DNA from: Coxiellaceae bacterium
GTDB lineage: Bacteria > Pseudomonadota > Gammaproteobacteria > JAJRRL01
Reading direction: 5' to 3'
NCBI GenBank assembly: GCA_047404195.1
Contig: JBDOIU010000012.1
Span: forward strand, 50,239-114,238
Length of the DNA stretch: 64,000 nt
In this document: positions 1-9,147 of the stretch, one piece after another
How positions within the stretch are numbered: position 1 is the first letter of the stretch
Layout of the letters: each line of letters starts with the position of its first letter
Notes under the pieces: model-generated
Told to the model about the DNA's origin: nothing
Database searches by the model: none
Seen by the model: only the letters and a program-made list of their open reading frames with translations
Translations under genes and position numbers: made by a program

Positions 1-595
1 GGTTTGTTGTTCGGTGGTACCTATGCTGGATTATTCTATTCGTGCAGCGTGTATTAAGTATTTGGATATCACACCCTTGCTATTGGCGCCAGGGGTAAAG
101 ACTGGCCTCAGTTTGCAGGTAAAAAACCCACAGACATTGGGTGCAGACCGCATTGCCACGGCAGTGGCGGCATTGGCCTTTTATCCACAACGTAATGTCA
201 TTGTGGTTGATTTTGGTACGGCAACAACTGTCTGCGCTGTTTCACAGCAAAAATGCTATTTAGGCGGTGCTATTTTTCCAGGTATTCGCACATCCATGCA
301 AGCCATCTGTCAACGTGCAGCCAAGTTGTCAGAGGTAACCATTGTTGATTCACCTGTCGCCTTGGGTAAGACCACCGAAGGCAACATCCAATCGGGGATA
401 TATTATTCACAGCTTGGTGGTGTGCAATCATTGGTGGCACAATATCAAGCGCAGTGCTTTGCTGAGCAACCTGCCTTGGTATTAGCGACAGGTGGTTTTG
501 CACAACTATTTTTAGAAGAAAATTATTTTGATGCCATTATCCCTGACTTGGTGTTTCATGGTTTGAAAATAGTGCTTAAAAAAAATGTTGATTAA
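1..595 (+). CDS. coaX: type III pantothenate kinase CoaX, C-terminal ~197 codons; 5-prime end outside window
   Basis: Frame is open to nt 2; translation carries the ASKHA-fold CoaX motifs (VVDFGTATT, ATGGFA) and ends ...LVFHGLKIV. Confidence 0.75.
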   Translation, partial: VCCSVVPMLDYSIRAACIKYLDITPLLLAPGVKTGLSLQVKNPQTLGADRIATAVAALAFYPQRNVIVVDFGTATTVCAVSQQKCYLGGAIFPGIRTSMQAICQRAAKLSEVTIVDSPVALGKTTEGNIQSGIYYSQLGGVQSLVAQYQAQCFAEQPALVLATGGFAQLFLEENYFDAIIPDLVFHGLKIVLKKNVD

Positions 596-599
596 GACA

Positions 600-628
600 A
601 GTGCCACCACTTGCTAGTATGTGGCACT
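600..628. terminator. possible bidirectional hairpin between convergent coaX and 693-3653 ORF (AGTGCCAC-13nt loop-GTGGCACT; A8 run at 578-585 gives U-tract for minus strand)
   Basis: 8-bp perfect stem seen in sequence; weak T-tract on plus side. Confidence 0.25.
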
Positions 629-692
629 GGCATTTGAATGGATATTCATTGATTCGTGCTAATCCAGTGCCGCAGCTTACATGTCAGTTGGA

Positions 693-3653
693 TCACTGCA
701 GTACTTTCTTATTGAGCGATTGCGTATGGCAGCAGCTGGCAATAAATGAGGCGCTACTAGTGGCTAATGAGCCAGCACTCATAGCTGTGAACGTTTCGGT
801 TGCTATTTTGAGATCCGGTATACATATAGCTGGTATAGAGCCTGAGCTTACAAATGCAAACACAGCCAATATTGCTGTCACCGCACACAGTGCGATGCCA
901 GTGATCACTAAAATTTTTCCGATGGTGTTACTTGTGATTTTTTTACGAAGGAGTGTTTGCCTTTTGTTAAGTATATCGACTGCTGTCTGGATTTCATGAT
1001 TTGAATTGAGTTTGTTCGACATCATAGGATTAGTATCATTAGTAATCTCTATGCTGTTCCTGAGACGTTCAGGTACGTCCTCACCTTGTTCAAAAGGACG
1101 CATTAAGGTGTTATTGAAGTCTTTAAGCCATTTATGTTGCGCAGCATGGTATGACTGATTAAGCTGATCGATACCGTCTAGCGATTGATTGTTAATGCGT
1201 GACTTGTATTCGTTCTTCTCAGCATCAAAAACAATGATTGCTTGCAAGACGACTGGGATTTCAGGGAAAGAGTCTTTATCATGTTTGGTGATGGCTTGAC
1301 CAAAAGCAGTTAGCCATTTCTTCTGGGCTGTTTGGTATAACGCATTGAGTTCTTTGAGGCCAGGAATCGGTGTGTCAGCATGGATTGGTCTGTATTGGTT
1401 GGTTTCATGGTTAAAGGTAATGATAAATTGCAACGTGTCTGGGATTTGAGGAAAGGATGCTTCATCGTGTTCGGTAATGGCTTGGCCAAAATCAGTGAGC
1501 TGTTTTTTTGTTGCCATGATGTGTTGATAGCGCGTGTTGAGATCACTCATTATGTTATCGAATTCATTGTGTGCACAATCCTGTAGTGAAAATCCTGCTT
1601 CGTTGAGCACGAGAAAAGACTGACACCTTGCAGGTATGGGGCTCTCTTGCATGCACCAGTGTGTGAGGTTATCACGAAAATGGCTCAGCCAGGATAGCTG
1701 TGCAGCTTGCAGGTTTTCGTTGAGTGTCTGTAGCGCATCACTGAGTGCGGGGTATTGTTTAATAAGTTCATATTGATTTGTCGCTGGATTAAATGAAATA
1801 GTGCCTTGTAATGCTTTTGGTAAATCTGGCATTGACATCTCTGCGTGATTGCTGAGTATCTGACTAAAATTTTCCATGTTTGTGTATATATTGAGTTGCG
1901 TGTTTAAAGAGCGCAGTGCTTCTTGTATACAGTTTGGTGTTGATTGCATTTTGCTGATATAGGCTCTTTCTGTATCCGAGAAAGTAATGAAAGTATGAAT
2001 AGCTATTGCTTGATCACCTCGTGTTAATGTGGCTATATCTGTTATTAAGCTGGGAGTATGAAGCTCAATTGTTGCTGCGACGCATGCATGCAGTGCAGTA
2101 TTGAGTGATTCGAGGTAAGGGGCAAAGATGGCGCACCCTTGAAAGTGTTCCTTGAATGTATAAGTGCCTTGCTCTGGGTTAAGCCCAATGCCTCCATAGA
2201 TCAGCTTTTTAAGTCTCATAAATTTTGTCATTGTGTGTTTCTGGTATGCGTCTGCTGCTTGCTGTAGATCGCTGATGAGTTGATCCATATTGTTATAGGC
2301 ATCAAAGAGTGATTTTGCCTGCTTGTGTTGTTTGCGGCTTCTCGTCCACTGCTCCCGGAATATTGGACATCTTTTAAACGCTTCTCTTTCTTCTGGTAGA
2401 CGAATAATGGTTTTGGAGGAGTGATCATCATTACTTGCAGTACTATCTGTCATGAATCTGGGTCGATCTGGCTCTGTTGTAAGTACATATTGAGCAATAA
2501 TAGCATCGCTTTGCTCGCTTGTCTCGCAGGCCAGCAGACCGCGCTGTAGAGTCCTACACGCCTCAGCGTGTTGGACACATTCTACATTATATTTTTTGTA
2601 TGCTTTATTGAATTTCGCTTTCAGTTGCGCAATATGATCTTCTCTCTTGCTGCTCCTTGCGCATCCAGTAAGCGTTAATAATTCGCTAGACAATGCTTCT
2701 ATTTTACTGTGTTCTGTGGCAAGTAGAGGCTTCACTCTTGCAGCTGAGTAGTGTTCGATTAGATGATCTGATTGTAGTAGATGTCGTAAGCGGTCGTTAC
2801 GTTTGTTAGTTGGGCTGCATCGTCCAAGCTTTGCCATTGCTTTTACGGGTGATTGTTTTGGGTCATCCCCCATCAAAACTTTACTTAATTTTGCTACATT
2901 ACCTGGCTGAAAGACCCTTTCTCCAAAGGAACGTCTTTTGGGGCTTGCTACCATTTCTGTTTCGGTTAGTCCACAGGCGCCTGCTATTCCCATAAGCACC
3001 TGAGCTGCCGACTTGCTAGGTTGCCCCTCGATGACTGCCTTGTAGAATGCAATGGTTCTAGGACGAAATAGTGAGTCGAGTAGAGAGCTGATTTCAGCAA
3101 TATTTTGTTCTGTTAGATCTATGAATCCCAAGTGTATGTACGCATCGTGATATGTTTTGACATTATCCCACCAATTGAAAAATGCATCTGTATTAATTTC
3201 TTCACATTTTCGCTGTAGGAACGCGAATAAATTATCAGTTGCACCACGGGTGGATGCTTTGTGGGTATCCAAAGTTGGTTTGTCATCTGTTGTTATGGTA
3301 TGCCAGTGTAAATCAGACCATGTTGAAATCACACCCGGGTGAGTTTTGGCGATAGTGAGTGACCACTCAAATACCTCGCGTGTTAAACGCAGTATGTCGG
3401 AGTTGGTAATGACCTTAATATCCGCAATCTTAGCCTCGCTATTTTGCGCATGTATTGTCACCAGCGTTTCGATTTTCGTCATGATATCTTGATACTGCGC
3501 ATCAATATTGTCTGGCCACTGCATACTTGCTCGGAGTCCTTGAAGGTGCTTTTGTACAACGACTAGTGTGCAGATAAGATGCCGAAATGCGTCGATTATA
3601 CCTTTACCAGGCGCGTTGAGTTGGCACACTATATTAATTACATCTTCTTTCAT
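693..3653 (-). CDS. large orphan protein (986 aa) with internal 62-aa tandem repeats and C-terminal transmembrane segment(s); candidate secreted/surface effector
   Basis: Long uninterrupted ORF with [13 protein letters not shown] 4 nt before ATG at 3653; hydrophobic stretch ILVITGIALCAVTAILAVFAFV near C-terminus; no recognisable catalytic motif. Confidence 0.7.
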   Translation of the reverse strand: MKEDVINIVCQLNAPGKGIIDAFRHLICTLVVVQKHLQGLRASMQWPDNIDAQYQDIMTKIETLVTIHAQNSEAKIADIKVITNSDILRLTREVFEWSLTIAKTHPGVISTWSDLHWHTITTDDKPTLDTHKASTRGATDNLFAFLQRKCEEINTDAFFNWWDNVKTYHDAYIHLGFIDLTEQNIAEISSLLDSLFRPRTIAFYKAVIEGQPSKSAAQVLMGIAGACGLTETEMVASPKRRSFGERVFQPGNVAKLSKVLMGDDPKQSPVKAMAKLGRCSPTNKRNDRLRHLLQSDHLIEHYSAARVKPLLATEHSKIEALSSELLTLTGCARSSKREDHIAQLKAKFNKAYKKYNVECVQHAEACRTLQRGLLACETSEQSDAIIAQYVLTTEPDRPRFMTDSTASNDDHSSKTIIRLPEEREAFKRCPIFREQWTRSRKQHKQAKSLFDAYNNMDQLISDLQQAADAYQKHTMTKFMRLKKLIYGGIGLNPEQGTYTFKEHFQGCAIFAPYLESLNTALHACVAATIELHTPSLITDIATLTRGDQAIAIHTFITFSDTERAYISKMQSTPNCIQEALRSLNTQLNIYTNMENFSQILSNHAEMSMPDLPKALQGTISFNPATNQYELIKQYPALSDALQTLNENLQAAQLSWLSHFRDNLTHWCMQESPIPARCQSFLVLNEAGFSLQDCAHNEFDNIMSDLNTRYQHIMATKKQLTDFGQAITEHDEASFPQIPDTLQFIITFNHETNQYRPIHADTPIPGLKELNALYQTAQKKWLTAFGQAITKHDKDSFPEIPVVLQAIIVFDAEKNEYKSRINNQSLDGIDQLNQSYHAAQHKWLKDFNNTLMRPFEQGEDVPERLRNSIEITNDTNPMMSNKLNSNHEIQTAVDILNKRQTLLRKKITSNTIGKILVITGIALCAVTAILAVFAFVSSGSIPAICIPDLKIATETFTAMSAGSLATSSASFIASCCHTQSLNKKVLQ
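1130..1700 (-). repeat. intragenic tandem repeat, unit ~186 bp (62 aa), about 3.5 copies; consensus ..AQ.KWL..FGQAIT.HD..SFP.IP..LQ.II.F..E.N.Y..
   Basis: Near-identical DNA blocks (tctgggatttcagggaaagag.../tctgggatttgaggaaaggatg...) and protein copies KKQLTDFGQAITEHDEASFPQIP.. / KKWLTAFGQAITKHDKDSFPEIP.. / HKWLKDF.. Confidence 0.8.
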
Positions 3654-4039
3654 GCCTTCTTCCTAATAATTCGACTAAAAATACTTTGCATAATTGAATA
3701 GCTTTCAGCTAGTAAGCGTTTAATAACGTCTAACGTAAGCTAAATAATAAAATACAACTCGAATCTTGTCAAGCAGCGGCCAAGTATGAATGAAGTTTAT
3801 CTGTGCATGTGCTAGCGCTGATATCTCACGTGATTTGTATAACCGGTTGCAATATTGCTCGATATGTGACACACTGTTAATGGGTATCAGTGATCAGGTG
3901 TTGATTAAGTAATCAATAGGCGTCGGCGCATCAACAATCTGTTAACTTTGTGCGCAAGTGATTGGTTTAGGTAGACACAAGCTTTGACCGTATCAATCCG
4001 AAGATGATTCGAATGAGTCAGTAGTGTAGTGAGGCGAAA

Positions 4040-5269
4040 ATGGCAGGAAATCAATCGCAGTATTATTTGGCTATTATTAAGAATAAGGGAAACCCCTTTC
4101 ATCATGTCACTGCATTGTGTCGAAGAGACACGAATACAAAACAAATTAAGATCGAACATATGTTGTCTATACGAATGAAGCATAATGTGTCGACCATTTT
4201 AGCCCCCTTTACGTCAGTTGATGCATGGGTTGTCGAGTATGAAGATGCGAGTAAAGATAAAAAATCACCGCTTAAAAAAAGCTACCCGCTTTCGATGATC
4301 ACAGCATTGGCACCGCTGTCAGCGCAGGCAGCACGCGAGTATACACGGTTTAGCCAAGCTTATGCCTATCAGTACTATGATGCTGCGCTTAAGCTTATTC
4401 CAATCAAACCTCTGATTAAATCAGACAAAAAATTACGCCAGATATGTAATAAACAAATTAAATCCTTAGAAGGATATGCTGGAAGTACAAGTCAGAATGT
4501 TAAAGAAAAAATAAGAAAAACAGGTGCTCCGAGTGCTGATTGTCATCGTTTTACACGTGCTGTTTTCAAGTCCCATACTGGTTTTTATCAAGACCAGCTA
4601 AAAGGTGGTTTACCACTTCCATTGTTGCGCGATTTGACTTCGCACTGTAAATTGAATGCTGTGTTGGCTGCGAATGATGGGCCAAGAGATCGACGGTTGC
4701 AAGCATTTGAGCATTTTAAGCGTTATACGTTATCGTACTTTTCTGAAACTGCTCGTAAGCAGTTTGACACACCGGATTTCGATGTCAATACAATGAGTGA
4801 TGACATGCTATTGTTGTTGAAATCTGAGCTGTCAAAATTAGCGTTGAAGCGTCACACACTGCCTCCACTATTCCGTTTTCAATCTGTTCCAAAAGAATTG
4901 CAAGCGGCTATTCAGGGTGGTTGTTATAAGGTTGATACATCATCAGTGAGATCAACAGTGAGGCCATTACTGCTGTCCTGGGCTGGGGTAGTGTTGACTG
5001 TGGCGGTGATGGCTTTGGTAGCTGTCGCCGCTTGTTCGCTTATGGTTTCGCGAAATGCTACATCGAGTTTGGCTGTTTTAAAGCATGTTATAATCCATAG
5101 TTTTGAGCAGGCTCCTGGTGTTAGTATAGGCATTACGGCGGTCAGTGGTGTTGGTTCCTTGGTGAGTAGTATTGGCTTGTTGGCAGGCGGCGGGATGCTA
5201 TTTGATCGGCAACAACGGTCACTCCTAGCGCTTGACATAACAGGGCCATCTGCCAGTAAAAGTGAATAA
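4040..5269 (+). CDS. orphan protein (409 aa) with C-terminal pair of hydrophobic/Gly-Ser-rich membrane segments
   Basis: ORF with RBS GAGG 6 nt upstream of ATG 4040; C-terminal LLLSWAGVVLTVAVMALVAVAACSLMV and ITAVSGVGSLVSSIGLLAGGGML segments. Confidence 0.6.
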   Translation: MAGNQSQYYLAIIKNKGNPFHHVTALCRRDTNTKQIKIEHMLSIRMKHNVSTILAPFTSVDAWVVEYEDASKDKKSPLKKSYPLSMITALAPLSAQAAREYTRFSQAYAYQYYDAALKLIPIKPLIKSDKKLRQICNKQIKSLEGYAGSTSQNVKEKIRKTGAPSADCHRFTRAVFKSHTGFYQDQLKGGLPLPLLRDLTSHCKLNAVLAANDGPRDRRLQAFEHFKRYTLSYFSETARKQFDTPDFDVNTMSDDMLLLLKSELSKLALKRHTLPPLFRFQSVPKELQAAIQGGCYKVDTSSVRSTVRPLLLSWAGVVLTVAVMALVAVAACSLMVSRNATSSLAVLKHVIIHSFEQAPGVSIGITAVSGVGSLVSSIGLLAGGGMLFDRQQRSLLALDITGPSASKSE

Positions 5270-5431
5270 ATCAACCAGCGTTGAGTAATAAATTATCTAT
5301 TCAGGGCACTGCAGGGTGTTTTTCTGTTATGGTGCTCGCTGCAAGGCTCTGTCATGCAGCAATAAAGCGTGCAACAGCATCATTATTTTTAGGCTACTTG
5401 ACACCGCGTCATTCAATACTGTTGCCCCCAC

Positions 5432-5460
5432 AAAAAAACCGCGCTAAGCGCGGTTTTTTA
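5432..5460. terminator. bidirectional rho-independent terminator between convergent 4040-5269 and 5487-6539 ORFs
   Basis: AAAAAAACCGCGC-TAAG-CGCGGTTTTTT: 7-8-bp GC stem flanked by A-run and T-run. Confidence 0.6.
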
Positions 5461-5486
5461 GAGCCATAAATAGTGCTATCAAAGTG

Positions 5487-6539
5487 CTAAAGCACATCCA
5501 CTCTATGATCGTTAACGAGCTCTTCTGCTTTTTGATATGCTTCACAAGCTTTACTCAAGAACCAGGCAGTTGAACCTTCTGTATAAGTTTGATTAGTAGT
5601 CAAAGGCTTCTTAATGTTGTTATATATTGGAGCCTCGCGACAGCCTCTGCTCATGCGCGCAATGAGAGTCACTAAGTCGTCTTTGTCAGCGTTAATCTTT
5701 TTGCATGCTTTCTCCATTTTCTCACTCGATTCTTCACTTACTGCTTCATTTACGTTTGTTGCGGTCACACCAGCTCCCTTTACGAGTCTTGCAAGCTCAA
5801 GCAGGAAAAGTGATTTAGCAGGCATGTCTCCCCTAATGCTCCGTTGCGCCAGGGTTAGTTCAAAATTTTTGAAGTCTGCATCATACGTGCCATCAAATGT
5901 TCCTGGATCTGACGCAAACGCCTCAGCTTCATCAAGTATGCTGGCTGCACTGTACCGGGGTGCGCTATTGAATAGACTACTGCGCTTTGAAAAGTCTGCG
6001 ATAGAGTAAAATATTGGGCTCTCTGTTTCCGTAGCTGCCTGTACCGCTGGTTCCTTCGCATCGGCCATAGTTTCAGCACCACCCACAACACCGCTTGACA
6101 GGTCGTCAGCTCTTACTGGCTCACCATTAGTCGCAAGGGTAGAGCTTGTTGTGCTGGCCCCGTTCATACTGGGGTCCGCATCTATGTCTTCACTATCACT
6201 GGTAGTATTGTCAGACGCGGAACTATTGCTTCGCTGCTGGGCCTCAGGACTTGGTGGGCGCATCGCGTTACCTTCGGTGGCATTATCAGCATTACTTTTT
6301 TTAATGGGTACAGCAGGTGGTGGCTCAGATGGTAGTGAAGCTGACCGTGACTCTTCACTATCTGACTGAGAGTCTGCTGATTCGCCGTTACGAGCTTGAG
6401 CGTCCTGAGTCCGCGCTGAATTTTTGCTTGCAGATCGTACTGGCTTTTGTGGTGGTGGCGCATCCGCATCCGCCCTCGTAGTTGCGGTTGAAGCTGCTCC
6501 TTCTTCGATTAAAATTTGATCTTTGCTACCTGCTCGCAT
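5487..6539 (-). CDS. orphan protein (350 aa): ~200-aa low-complexity Ser/Ala/Asp/Glu/Pro-rich N-terminal region plus ~150-aa C-terminal globular domain
   Basis: ORF; composition bias visible in translation (SDSEESRSASLPSEPPPAVP..., SSASDNTTSDSEDIDADPS...). Confidence 0.55.
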   Translation of the reverse strand: MRAGSKDQILIEEGAASTATTRADADAPPPQKPVRSASKNSARTQDAQARNGESADSQSDSEESRSASLPSEPPPAVPIKKSNADNATEGNAMRPPSPEAQQRSNSSASDNTTSDSEDIDADPSMNGASTTSSTLATNGEPVRADDLSSGVVGGAETMADAKEPAVQAATETESPIFYSIADFSKRSSLFNSAPRYSAASILDEAEAFASDPGTFDGTYDADFKNFELTLAQRSIRGDMPAKSLFLLELARLVKGAGVTATNVNEAVSEESSEKMEKACKKINADKDDLVTLIARMSRGCREAPIYNNIKKPLTTNQTYTEGSTAWFLSKACEAYQKAEELVNDHRVDVL

Positions 6540-6746
6540 GTTTGGTTCTCCAGGGTTATGTTCAAAAAAATGTTAGATGAGTAGGCTGTATATTAGTCGT
6601 ACCACCTGACGAAAATCATTATGCTACAGCAATTCTTCCCACGCAAGCCGTGTGGCTAATATATTAGCCTTTGCTTATGGCCTTATCGAATACTGATAAT
6701 ATTATGTCTATTATCGCTTTGCTTTGGTTAGGGTTTGAGCGCCAGC

Positions 6747-8945
6747 CTACCGCCATCTACGCTTTAGATGCAGTGCATTTGCAACCACTGTTAGCGATGA
6801 TGCAGCCATTGCTGCACTGGCAATGGCAGGATTCAGTAGAAAATGGAAGTGATTGTATAATATGCCAGCAGCAAGTGGTATGGCTAAAGTGTTGTATGTA
6901 AAAGCACCAATGAAATTTTGTTTGATGTTACGTACAGTTGCCTTTGCGCTGCTGATCACAGTGGAAATACACGCCAGATCGTCTTGCATTAATACTAAAT
7001 CAGCCACTTCTATGGCCACATCTGTGCCAGTGCCAATGGCTATACCGACATCAGCAACTTGTAGTGCTGGCGCATCGTTGGTGCCATCGCCGACCATCGC
7101 AACAGAATGCCCTTGTGCTTGTTTTGCAACAATCGCTTCACATTTGAGTTGAGGAGTCACTTCAGCGATGACTTCGTTAATGCCCAGCTGCTTGGCAACG
7201 GCTTTAGCAGTGGCTTCTGTGTCACCACTCAGTAGGCTGACAGTGATATGCATGGCTTGTATTTTTTGAATCAGTGCTAGCGCATCTGGTTTAAGGTCAT
7301 CGGTAATGCACAGCAATCCAGCAATGCGCTTGTCAACAGCGACTAAAATCCCTGTTTCTGCACGTTCATGGCAGCGTTGCATCGTGTGCTCAAGTGCTGT
7401 TATGTCAATGTTTTCGGCCTGCATCATACGTTGATTGCCTATCACTATGTGTTGACCTGATACAGTGCCAGTGATGCCTTGACCGGTGTGACTGCAAATA
7501 TCATCAGCCTGTGAGAGTGATATTTTTTTCTCCTGCGCGGCATGCACAATTGCTTGAGCAATAGGATGCGAGGCATCCCGCTCCACACAGGCAGCATATC
7601 TTAACAGCGTATCTTCGTCATATTCACCCGTGGATATAATGCCGGTAATACTGGCTTTGCCCAGTGTTAGCGTGCCCGTTTTATCGAAAAACACATGTGT
7701 GATTTTAGCGGTGCCTTCTAAAGCTACTCCGCTACGAATGAGGATGCCTTTACTGGCTAGGTGGCCGCTGGCAACCATGATACTGACTGGGCTGGCTAAG
7801 CCCAATGCACACGGACAAGCAATAATTAAAACACACATGCTGGTTACCAGCGCAAGTGAGGCATTATGGGTGGTAGTATACCAATATACGGCTGTGAATA
7901 TGGCTATCAAGATCACAATGGGTACAAAAACGCCTGCAATTTTGTCTGCTATGCGCGCCAGTGATGGTTTAATGGACTTGGCTTTTTCCACCGCCGCGAT
8001 AATTTGCGATAAAGCTGTGTCTTCGCCAATGGCGGTTACTTCAATGATCAGCACACCGGCTTGGTTGATGGTGCCGCCACTCACCGTATCAGCTGTGACT
8101 TTGCGGATTGGTTTAGACTCGCCTGTAAGCATAGATTCGTCCACTCGTGATTCACCACGAATAATGCGCCCATCAATGGGAATGCGGCTATTGGCAGCAA
8201 CACGCACATGGTCACCGATAACCAGTGATGACACGTCAACTTCACTGTAAGTACCATCAGCTTGCATGAGTGTGGCAGTTTTTTCCTGACAGTTGAGCAG
8301 GGCGCTCAGCGCTTTGTCTGAGCGACTGGTTGCCCTGTGCTCTATCAGTTGACCAAAGTTGATAAAGGCCAAGACCCATAAAGCTGCTTCAAAATAGAGC
8401 GCCTGATTATGCGTTGAAAATGATGTTGGTGTGATTATTACCAAGCAAGAAAAAATCCACGCAGCTGCCGTGCCCAGTGCAACCAATGTATCCATGGTAG
8501 CATGGCGCGCTTTTAATGAGCGCCAAAAACCGAGGTAGTAATCACCACCGGCAATGACCATCGCAATGAGTGTTACTAGTGCGATGAGAACAGCAGCAAC
8601 TTGACCGTGCTGTGTGGTGAGTTGTGGCGCCAGAGATGAGGTGTCAATCACGGTGAATATAATTGCTAAAGTCAAAGCAATGAGTGTGTTGGCAGTTTTG
8701 CGTTGCGTTTGTTTTTTCTCTTGCTTGGCTGCCTCAGCTTCGTTATTCACGGCAACTGTGTCATAGCCAATCTCTTTGAGGACGTTGGCAACCACAGCAG
8801 GATCGATATTACTTGGGAATGACACTTTTCGCGCTGCAAAGTTAATGTTTGCATCTTGTATGCCATGCTCCTTGAGTGCTGCCTCAATTTTGGCAACACA
8901 GCTGGCACAACGTATGTTTTTGACATGAAGATGAGTTGTTTGCAT
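6747..8945 (-). CDS. copA: copper-translocating P1B-type ATPase
   Basis: N-terminal HMA domain with CASC metal-binding motif, CPC transmembrane motif (IIACPCALGLASP), DKTGTLT phosphorylation site, GDGTNDAPAL hinge; RBS GGGAG before ATG. Confidence 0.9.
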   Translation of the reverse strand: MQTTHLHVKNIRCASCVAKIEAALKEHGIQDANINFAARKVSFPSNIDPAVVANVLKEIGYDTVAVNNEAEAAKQEKKQTQRKTANTLIALTLAIIFTVIDTSSLAPQLTTQHGQVAAVLIALVTLIAMVIAGGDYYLGFWRSLKARHATMDTLVALGTAAAWIFSCLVIITPTSFSTHNQALYFEAALWVLAFINFGQLIEHRATSRSDKALSALLNCQEKTATLMQADGTYSEVDVSSLVIGDHVRVAANSRIPIDGRIIRGESRVDESMLTGESKPIRKVTADTVSGGTINQAGVLIIEVTAIGEDTALSQIIAAVEKAKSIKPSLARIADKIAGVFVPIVILIAIFTAVYWYTTTHNASLALVTSMCVLIIACPCALGLASPVSIMVASGHLASKGILIRSGVALEGTAKITHVFFDKTGTLTLGKASITGIISTGEYDEDTLLRYAACVERDASHPIAQAIVHAAQEKKISLSQADDICSHTGQGITGTVSGQHIVIGNQRMMQAENIDITALEHTMQRCHERAETGILVAVDKRIAGLLCITDDLKPDALALIQKIQAMHITVSLLSGDTEATAKAVAKQLGINEVIAEVTPQLKCEAIVAKQAQGHSVAMVGDGTNDAPALQVADVGIAIGTGTDVAIEVADLVLMQDDLACISTVISSAKATVRNIKQNFIGAFTYNTLAIPLAAGILYNHFHFLLNPAIASAAMAASSLTVVANALHLKRRWR

Positions 8946-9147
8946 ATGTACTCCCTATACAATTGACTTAAATATTATAGTTTAAATGGATGAAATCAAC
9001 AAGTTACAAGCCTCGAATACTATCAGAATGGACCATGAATGATTTAATAAATACTTAATGTCAGTGTATTATACTCTTAAATAAGAGCAAATTTTTTAAG
9101 CTAGTTAAAAACTTGTTGTAATGAAGTTATAGACGTAGAGAAAGCAT

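Noticed and set aside
601-999. 132-aa plus-strand ORF
   Set aside because: Lies entirely antisense within the 3-prime end of the 693-3653 gene and is hydrophobic and low-complexity. Treated as a shadow ORF.
3654-4039. PmrA-like tandem TTAAT-type boxes in the divergent region between the 986-aa and 409-aa orphan genes
   Set aside because: Only weak single matches (GTTTAATAACG, GATTAAGTAAT). Spacing does not fit the direct-repeat consensus.
7630-8250. 206-aa ORF antisense to copA (similar antisense ORFs occur at 12291-12731 and 13232-13525 in acnA, 15988-16419 and 16444-16718 in groEL, 49500-50021 in spoT, and 56440-56982 in tamB)
   Set aside because: Embedded opposite well-supported conserved genes. 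No RBS and biased composition typical of antisense frames.
8946-9147. CueR/MerR-type operator (dyad within a 19-bp promoter spacer) upstream of copA
   Set aside because: A TATAAT -10 exists on the minus strand but no convincing dyad or 19-bp-spaced -35 was found. Left unannotated.
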